Part shown: positions 17,033-23,610 of the stretch, in pieces
Layout: every line of letters starts with the position of its first letter
How positions within the stretch are numbered: the stretch's first letter is position 1
DNA from: an uncultured Muribaculaceae bacterium
GTDB lineage: Bacteria; Pseudomonadota; Alphaproteobacteria; Rs-D84
Length of the DNA: 32,000 bases
Direction: 5' to 3'
Assembly: GCA_965231035.1 (NCBI GenBank)
Contig: OZ246409.1
Span: 571,101 to 603,100 of the forward strand
The notes under the pieces: generated by a model
What the model was told of the DNA's origin: nothing
The model's database searches: none
The model's input: only the letters and a program-made list of their open reading frames with translations
Program-made: the position numbers and the translations under genes

Positions 17033-18234
17033 CCGGTTTTAAGTATTTTGCTGAAATCTGAATCGCTTGGCATATTTGGAATTGTTGCACGGTAAAGTCC
17101 AAGTTCTGAAAACTTTGGGGGTGTAGATGACGGAAAAGACCAACTTCCGATTTTAATAGGTGGTGTGGCAGACATCATTAATTCACCAGAAACTGTCAAT
17201 CCATAGTTGTTATAAAAATTAATCTGGTCAGAATACAAGAAAGATGTATATATTGAATGCGCAATTATTCCTGAAAATCCGGAAATAGTTTTTGTTGAAT
17301 CAGATTTCACGGTTAAGTTGTTACCAATGTTTAAAGAATTATTAACAGTTGCCTTGTCTGTAATAATATTACCATTAGTAGAAAAACCAGAATCGTTTAA
17401 TTTCTTTGCAGAAATATTTCTGAATCCTGAAATATCATCGCTTACCCGCATAGAACCAATATTTACATTGCCGGCATCCATATTTGCGCCACTGGAAAAA
17501 TATACAGATCCCGCGTTAACATTTTTTGATTCCATAAATGCAGCTGACAAATCTTTTATTTTTACAGATTCAGCAGCCAAAGTACCAATATTGAAAATAT
17601 TGAATTTTCCCATATTCAAATTTCGCTGCATAACATTAAAATCATCTTTTCCAGAAGTGCTGCGATGTAAATATTTTGAAACATCGTCGCCCACAAAGCT
17701 GTAATTCACACGATAAACCAGATCACCTGGTTTGAAATCTGGGGCGGTCACAGCCCAAGATGTTCCATATGCAACACCATCTTTGTCTACGCTGGCGGCG
17801 TCCATGCCAATTTGCTTTACAACCTTAGCTGTGTGTAATGCATCTCCACCTAAATCAAAAGCCAGATAAACATCAGTTACAATTGAACCGTTAACCTGGT
17901 ATTTATCAACAAAGCCGGCATGTGCTGAATCTGTAATTTTATTAAGTTCATCCGCATTCAGTTTTATTTGTGCAATATTAGGCCATTTATCTTGATTAAC
18001 CCGTACAAAGTTAAGAACAGGATCGTGCAAACTGATAACTTGCTTTGCAATAGATATGTCACGAATCTGTTGTGAAGTTTCGGAAATTTGATTATAAATA
18101 AATGGACTTAAGATTGCTATGATTCCCAGCACCAATAATATTTCCAATATGCTGGCGCCACGCTGTTCGGTATTTCTGACAGTGTTAAAATTTTCAGAAA
18201 AAATATTTTCTTTAATCACAATCACTTTTTCCAT
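17020..18234 (-). CDS. Large prepilin-like protein B (404 aa)
   Basis: N-terminus ...RNTEQRG|ASILEILLVLGIIAILSPFIYNQ has Glu at +5 and a 26-aa leader from the only in-frame ATG. Internal motif SKYLHRSTSGKDDFNVMQRNLNMGKFNIFNIG. The C-terminal half has N/S/G-rich short repeats (NVNAGSVYFSSGANMDAGNVNIGSMRVSDDISG...). It overlaps the upstream gene by 23 nt. Confidence 0.7.
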   Translation of the reverse strand: MEKVIVIKENIFSENFNTVRNTEQRGASILEILLVLGIIAILSPFIYNQISETSQQIRDISIAKQVISLHDPVLNFVRVNQDKWPNIAQIKLNADELNKITDSAHAGFVDKYQVNGSIVTDVYLAFDLGGDALHTAKVVKQIGMDAASVDKDGVAYGTSWAVTAPDFKPGDLVYRVNYSFVGDDVSKYLHRSTSGKDDFNVMQRNLNMGKFNIFNIGTLAAESVKIKDLSAAFMESKNVNAGSVYFSSGANMDAGNVNIGSMRVSDDISGFRNISAKKLNDSGFSTNGNIITDKATVNNSLNIGNNLTVKSDSTKTISGFSGIIAHSIYTSFLYSDQINFYNNYGLTVSGELMMSATPPIKIGSWSFPSSTPPKFSELGLYRATIPNMPSDSDFSKILKTGWKQ

Positions 18235-19567
18235 CCAACAAACATTGTTTTACATTAATTCTTTTTTCCAATCTTTCCCAATAAACATACTGGCAAATAA
18301 TATTTTGTGATAAAGATTTAGAATTATAAACACCGTTAAGGCCAGAAATTATAGATTTGCAAGTAACAGTAGAAGAATCATCTTCGGTTGGTTTTGATAA
18401 TATTTTGAAATTGTCATTGTTTATACTGTCGACCAGAACGTCTGGCAAAACAGATGTTCCCGCTGGTCTGATATCCAAAATAACCGCACCAGTTTTACCG
18501 TTTGCCAACGCTGTTGATGTTTGGTCACGTAATGTAATATTTGCAGCATATATTTTATCAACTTCTACACCGCTTTCCGAGCTGTATTCTAATGAGTCTG
18601 GATTTATAAAAACATCTTGTCCACGTGCAGCATTTAAAAATGAAGATAATTCCAAGCGTTCTACTGACAAATTTATATTATCCAGAATCATATTTCCTTG
18701 GACTTTCCAATTTGTTGGACCTGTGAAACTGGTTTTGCCAGCAGTCATAGAAAAATCATAAACCGATGCAGAACCAGATGTGAAATTTCCAGAATCACCA
18801 AACCTGGAAATTGTTTTTGCAGACAAACTGTCCAATCCAAGTGTTCCACGTGTTATTGATAATGCAGCTTCCCCGGGATTACTTTGAAATATGGCTTTGT
18901 CCGCAGATAAATTTTCTATAACGCTACGAATTTTTTTACCACCTTCTGAACCAAATAGAGAAATATTATTAGCCTGTGTTGATTCAAATTCAGCATTTCT
19001 TCCAAATATTGAAAAAATATTTTCAAGTTTAAATCCACCCATATTCAATTCCGACAAAAAGCCGTTTGAGTCTGGTTTTTTTTCTTTACGTTTCACAATA
19101 TCAGAAAAACTTTCATCCAACGGAATAATCATATAAACATTTCCGTCTTTTTCAGATGCATAAAATCCCAATCTGCGAACAATCTCGGCCCGTTCAATAC
19201 CAGAAAGTTTTCCACCAGATATTTCAAGATATGCAGAAGTTGAATCCTTGGTTTTATCAATCACAAGGGATATTTTTTGACCAAAAGCAGTACGCGGGAT
19301 AAATCCCAAAGGCAAACCATACGGTTCCAAGGTATCTGTAAAATTATTTCCAGAAAGAATAGAAGTGTTGTATTCCAAAGAATCTAAATTTTCACGAATA
19401 TAAATTCCAGCAGCAGTTTGTGCCGTTTCTATTTGATTGGACACAGCATACATTTGAGAATCTTTATCGCGAATAGCCAGCTTTTGCGTAAAAAACGGAA
19501 TGAACGCAATAATTAATGCCAAAGCCAGCAAGGCTTGTAATAAAAAGTTTCCGCCCTGCCTTTGCAC
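18212..19567 (-). CDS. Large prepilin-like protein A (about 451 aa from the preferred GTG start), lacking Glu+5
   Basis: The track start at 19636 is TTG with no SD. AGGAGG (19574-19579) followed 6 nt later by GTG (19567) gives MQRQG|GNFLLQALLALALIIAFIPFF. Internal motif NGFLSELNMGGFKLENIF. Four Cys lie in the last about 50 aa (..VTCKS...NIICQ...KQCLLDGKSDCD). Confidence 0.65.
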   Translation of the reverse strand: MQRQGGNFLLQALLALALIIAFIPFFTQKLAIRDKDSQMYAVSNQIETAQTAAGIYIRENLDSLEYNTSILSGNNFTDTLEPYGLPLGFIPRTAFGQKISLVIDKTKDSTSAYLEISGGKLSGIERAEIVRRLGFYASEKDGNVYMIIPLDESFSDIVKRKEKKPDSNGFLSELNMGGFKLENIFSIFGRNAEFESTQANNISLFGSEGGKKIRSVIENLSADKAIFQSNPGEAALSITRGTLGLDSLSAKTISRFGDSGNFTSGSASVYDFSMTAGKTSFTGPTNWKVQGNMILDNINLSVERLELSSFLNAARGQDVFINPDSLEYSSESGVEVDKIYAANITLRDQTSTALANGKTGAVILDIRPAGTSVLPDVLVDSINNDNFKILSKPTEDDSSTVTCKSIISGLNGVYNSKSLSQNIICQYVYWERLEKRINVKQCLLDGKSDCD

Positions 19568-19726
19568 AAGCACCCTCCTACAAACCAATACTTTACTAAA
19601 ACCGCTTTTTTGGTGCAATGAAAAAAAATATTGCAATCGGTTTTCAGATGATTTATTATCAAGCAGTTGATTAGAACGATAGTGATTTATTTGCTATCCA
19701 AATTTACCTCCAATTAAAGATAAAAT

Positions 19727-20020
19727 ATGCAAAATAAAAAAAATCAAATGTCTGTTGGGCTTATGATCCAGCGCTGTCATAAATGGCGTCAAAAACGCAA
19801 ACAATACATTGACCAAGCACGTCAAACATCCGATGAAATAGAACGTGAACGCTTGTTACAGATGGCGGAACATTACGGTCGTATAGTTTCCAGTGAACAG
19901 GGAAAAATAGATTCTCAACGTGATCCAAAAGAAAAAGTTCCAGTCACAGAAGAAGAAACATCTGAATCAAATGAAGAAGATGAAAATTCTTTTCCCGATT
20001 TTATATCTAATTTGAAATAA
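19727..20020 (+). CDS. Small basic/acidic protein, DUF4167-like (alphaproteobacterial family)
   Basis: YIDQARQTSDEIERERLLQMAEHYGRIV resembles the DUF4167 core (Y..lA....gD...aE...QHAEHY.Ri) as I remember it. It has an acidic C-terminal tail. Confidence 0.5.
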   Translation: MQNKKNQMSVGLMIQRCHKWRQKRKQYIDQARQTSDEIERERLLQMAEHYGRIVSSEQGKIDSQRDPKEKVPVTEEETSESNEEDENSFPDFISNLK

Positions 20021-20087
20021 TTTTTTCAACTTTAATTCTTGAAATCTGATGTGCATTTGCTATGCTCTTCCCAAAGGAAGTTTTTGA

Positions 20088-21656
20088 ATGGATAGCAATT
20101 ATACAGTTCTGGCGCGTAAATATCGCAGCCAAGATTTTGAATCCCTTATTGGACAGGATGTTTTGGTTAAAACTTTAACCACGGCGATTAATACTTCGCG
20201 TATTGCGCATGCTTATATTTTTACAGGTATCAGGGGAACTGGAAAAACCAGTACCGCCAGAATCTTGGCCAAAGCTCTGAATTGTTTATCTTCAAACAAA
20301 GCAACTGCGAAACCTTGTGGTGTTTGTGAAAATTGCAAATCTATTGCAGCTGGTCAACATATTGACGTTTTGGAAATTGACGCTGCGTCACACACAGGCG
20401 TTGATAATATGCGTGATATTTTGGATGCTTCACAATATCGTCCAACAAACGGCAGATATCGTGTTTATATAATCGACGAAGTTCATATGTTATCAACCAG
20501 TGCATTCAATGCATTGCTGAAAACACTAGAAGAACCACCAGAACACGTAATATTTATTTTGGCAACAACTGAAATCAGAAAAGTCCCAGTTACAATTTTG
20601 TCTCGTTGCCAAAGATTTGATCTGGTTCGCGTCCCAGTTGAAACACTGAAAAAACATTTTGCTTGGATTGCAAATAATGAAAAAATTGAATTGTCTGATG
20701 CTGCAAATGAATTATTGGCACGCGCTGCGGATGGTTCTGTTCGTGATGGATTATCTTTATTAGATCAGGCAATTGCACAAACTGGTGGCAAGGTTGATGA
20801 AAAAGCTGTTTTGGATATGCTAAAACGTGCAGACAGATGCGTTGTTGTAGATTTTATGAAAATATTATTGTCTGGTGACGTTGCAGTTGCGCTGGACAAA
20901 GCAGACAGTATTTATACAAATGGTGCGGACCTGTCTATGCTTTTGAATGATATGATGGAATGGACACATTGGGCAACCAGAATGCACCCTGCATTACGCG
21001 CAGGAGGTGCAAATAATGCACCATATACAGCAGATCAAAAAGATATTATAAAAGAAATAAATGACAAAGTTTCTTTGAATACACTTTCCAGAATATGGCA
21101 GGTTATGGTTGCTGCTGTTCCAGAAATGCAGGCGGCCGGAAATCAGAAACAATGCTTTGACATGTTGATTGTTCGTTTGATGCATATTGCAGATATGCCA
21201 AGTGTTCCAGAATTGTTAAAACAAGAATCTGAAAAAAGTTCTGGTACAAATAATATAAAAGAAATATTGAATAAAAAGGTAACTGCTGGTGCACCTGCAT
21301 CAAAAGTATCTGAAAAAAAAGTTGTATCGATTTTGAACGCATCTGATTTGGCAAATGCTTTGCAAGAATCAAAAGAACTTTTGCTGTTCACTTATTACAG
21401 CAGCAATATCGAAGTTTCAGAAATGGAAAATGGAAAAATAAAATATTTTGACCGCAAGGGTGATGCTGATTTTGCAAGAAAGCTTTCAAATTGGTTATCA
21501 GACAGCACCGGTGAAGATTGGATAATCGAACGCATAAATGAATCGATAAATAAACAAACAGTTACTGAACAAAAACGTGAAGAACTGGAATCTGATCCAA
21601 TGATTGCAAATGCTCTTTCTTTATTTGGTGATGCAGAGATAGTTGGTGTGAAATAA
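20088..21656 (+). CDS. dnaX: DNA polymerase III subunit gamma/tau
   Basis: LARKYRSQDFESLIGQD, HAYIFTGIRGTGKTSTARILAKALNC, zinc module CGVCENCKSI, YIIDEVHMLS, SRCQRF and GSVRDGLSLLDQ. Confidence 0.95.
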   Translation: MDSNYTVLARKYRSQDFESLIGQDVLVKTLTTAINTSRIAHAYIFTGIRGTGKTSTARILAKALNCLSSNKATAKPCGVCENCKSIAAGQHIDVLEIDAASHTGVDNMRDILDASQYRPTNGRYRVYIIDEVHMLSTSAFNALLKTLEEPPEHVIFILATTEIRKVPVTILSRCQRFDLVRVPVETLKKHFAWIANNEKIELSDAANELLARAADGSVRDGLSLLDQAIAQTGGKVDEKAVLDMLKRADRCVVVDFMKILLSGDVAVALDKADSIYTNGADLSMLLNDMMEWTHWATRMHPALRAGGANNAPYTADQKDIIKEINDKVSLNTLSRIWQVMVAAVPEMQAAGNQKQCFDMLIVRLMHIADMPSVPELLKQESEKSSGTNNIKEILNKKVTAGAPASKVSEKKVVSILNASDLANALQESKELLLFTYYSSNIEVSEMENGKIKYFDRKGDADFARKLSNWLSDSTGEDWIIERINESINKQTVTEQKREELESDPMIANALSLFGDAEIVGVK

Positions 21657-21675
21657 AAATCAAAGGGGTTAAAGT

Positions 21676-22131
21676 ATGAGAGAAGAATCCGGTCGTTCAT
21701 TAATCGAAGTATTAGGTGTCTTGGCAATAAGTGGTATTTTAACTGCTGGTGCTATTGCGGCTTATAACACAATTCGCACGCGTCAGAACAGAATAATTGC
21801 AACAGACCAATTGGAACTGATTGCAAAAAATACAAAATTGTTATTGGAAGTTAAGGGTGATTATACCGGCGTATCAGTTGATTATTTGATAAAAGCAGGT
21901 GCACTTAAAAATAACAAGACACCAATTGGTGGATCTGGATGGACAATTACATCCAGTGTTGATGGAAAAGAATTTAATATAAACCTGGTTGGATTGTCTA
22001 AATCTGATTGTGCATACCTTACAACTGTTAAATTGAATTGGACAACAGCTATCCGTGTAAATGGCAGTGAAACAAATCCCGGTAACTTCTGTGCTGCGGG
22101 TAAAAATGATGTTTCACTGATAGTTCAATAA
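21676..22131 (+). CDS. Type IV pilin-like protein (151 aa, short leader)
   Basis: SD AAAGGGG. MREESG|RSLIEVLGVLAISGILTAGAIAAYN has Gly at -1, Glu at +5 and a hydrophobic alpha-1. The C-terminal Cys pair (..SKSDCAYLT....GNFCAAG..) looks like a pilin D-region disulfide loop. Confidence 0.75.
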   Translation: MREESGRSLIEVLGVLAISGILTAGAIAAYNTIRTRQNRIIATDQLELIAKNTKLLLEVKGDYTGVSVDYLIKAGALKNNKTPIGGSGWTITSSVDGKEFNINLVGLSKSDCAYLTTVKLNWTTAIRVNGSETNPGNFCAAGKNDVSLIVQ

Positions 22132-22811
22132 TGAATTCAAAAAAAATATTTTTACCAATTGTTTTAATCGGACTGTTATCAGCCTGTGTTCGTTATGTTA
22201 CACCGCCACGCGAAAACTGGGGGAATTATTTACAAGGTTCCAGCTTTACAGATATGACAGCAGAAGCTAAAATTGCAAAAAAACCTGTTTATCTGGGGGC
22301 AGGGGGTAAATTAATAACTTCGGAATTAAATTCTGTAAAATTAGAATACGGGGATAAGGACGCAAATGAAAACAGTTTTGCTTTGAAATATATGGAAAAG
22401 CTGGAATATGAACTTTATGATTCTTTGCGTAAACCTGGAATTTCAGTTCAGCGTGCGGGTACGGATATCGTAGTAATTTTGGTCAGGGATGCGTTTATTA
22501 AAATGGATGCACCAGAAATTTCAAGCTCTGGCGAAGATACCCTGGGGATAATTTCAGAAATTCTTAAAAAATATGATGCAACTTTTATAGAGGTCGCGGG
22601 ATACACCGATTCTATGCGTGACCAGAATGCCGCACGGGCTTTATCTTTGGATATGGCGGAAAGGGTCGCTTTGTTTTTGGCCCAGGATGAAATTAATACA
22701 TCTAGAATATTTATTGTTGGTCGAGGCTCGGCCCGCCCAATCGCTGCCCAAGATGACATTGGCAGATTGACGAATCGCCGGGTCGAGATAAGAATTTCTC
22801 CCGCACGCTAG
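22131..22811 (+). CDS. OmpA/MotB-family peptidoglycan-binding lipoprotein
   Basis: Lipobox GLLSA|C. OmpA_C motif FIEVAGYTDSMRDQNAARALSLDMAERVALFL...GRGSARPIAAQDDIGRLTNRRVEIRI. The start overlaps the pilin stop (TAATG). Confidence 0.85.
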   Translation: MNSKKIFLPIVLIGLLSACVRYVTPPRENWGNYLQGSSFTDMTAEAKIAKKPVYLGAGGKLITSELNSVKLEYGDKDANENSFALKYMEKLEYELYDSLRKPGISVQRAGTDIVVILVRDAFIKMDAPEISSSGEDTLGIISEILKKYDATFIEVAGYTDSMRDQNAARALSLDMAERVALFLAQDEINTSRIFIVGRGSARPIAAQDDIGRLTNRRVEIRISPAR

Positions 22812-22883
22812 GGCAAACATATTTCTTTTAATTTGAAATTTTTGTTGCTATAATTTCACCACCTATAAAAAAAGGAAGGAATC

Positions 22884-23552
22884 ATGACAATGAAAAAACC
22901 AAATATGCTTGAAAATCCAAGCGTAAAAAAATATACCAAGATTGGAATAATTGCATCTGCAGTTGCAGTTGTTGCAGTTTTAGGTGTTTGGGGCATTTCT
23001 GCTTTGCGCACAAATATGAGTGTTGATAAGGCACTGTCCGAAGTAACAACTGACGCCGTTAAAGGTTCTGATTTGCGTATTGCTGTAATCCGTATGGATG
23101 CAATTCAAACCGAGGCCAATGTTTTGAAAGACTTGCGCAGCCAAAAAGAATCGTATGAATCAAAATTACGTGATGAAATGACACGCGAACAAAAAGCTTT
23201 GGAAAAAGAAAAATCTGAAATTGAAAAATCCCAAGATGTTTTGTCTAGGGACGCTTTACAACGCCGTGTTGCCGATTATCAAACCAGAATTGCAAAATTG
23301 CAACGCTCTTTGTCTGAACGTGCACAAAGCGTAGAAGCATCTTTTCAAAATGCTTTGAATGAAATTCAGGCAAAACACTTGGATCCATTGATCGAAGGTA
23401 TCATTGCAAAAAAGAACCTGTCATTGGTTGTTGACGGTCGTTTTGCTCGTGTTGGTGGAAAGATTGAAAACCTGGACATCACAGACGATGTAGTTAAAGC
23501 ATTGGATAAAAAAGTATCCAAAGTAAAGATGGAAACTCCAAAAGGTTTCTAA
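22884..23552 (+). CDS. skp: Periplasmic chaperone Skp (OmpH family)
   Basis: SD AAGGAAGGA. A signal-anchor is followed by a long coiled-coil (LKDLRSQKESYESKLRDEMTREQKALEKEKSEIEKSQ..., RIAKLQRSL) and the C-terminal beta strand LSLVVDGR, all typical of OmpH/Skp. Confidence 0.75.
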   Translation: MTMKKPNMLENPSVKKYTKIGIIASAVAVVAVLGVWGISALRTNMSVDKALSEVTTDAVKGSDLRIAVIRMDAIQTEANVLKDLRSQKESYESKLRDEMTREQKALEKEKSEIEKSQDVLSRDALQRRVADYQTRIAKLQRSLSERAQSVEASFQNALNEIQAKHLDPLIEGIIAKKNLSLVVDGRFARVGGKIENLDITDDVVKALDKKVSKVKMETPKGF

Positions 23553-23572
23553 AAACAATTTATGTTTAATTT

Positions 23573-23598
23573 AAAAACGCTCCGAAAGGAGCGTTTTT
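23573..23598. terminator. Bidirectional Rho-independent terminator
   Basis: aaaaaCGCTCC-gaaa-GGAGCGttttt, between the convergent skp gene and the 670-aa protein gene. Confidence 0.7.
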
Positions 23599-23610
23599 AT
23601 AATTGATTAA

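Noticed and set aside
15695-19636. The possibility that the PilV-like genes form a shufflon (invertible C-terminal cassettes)
   Set aside because: All three genes are full-length, intact and in the same orientation. I saw no clustered short inverted recombination sites at their 3' ends, and there is no Rci-type recombinase in the window. They look like stable paralogues rather than invertible segments.
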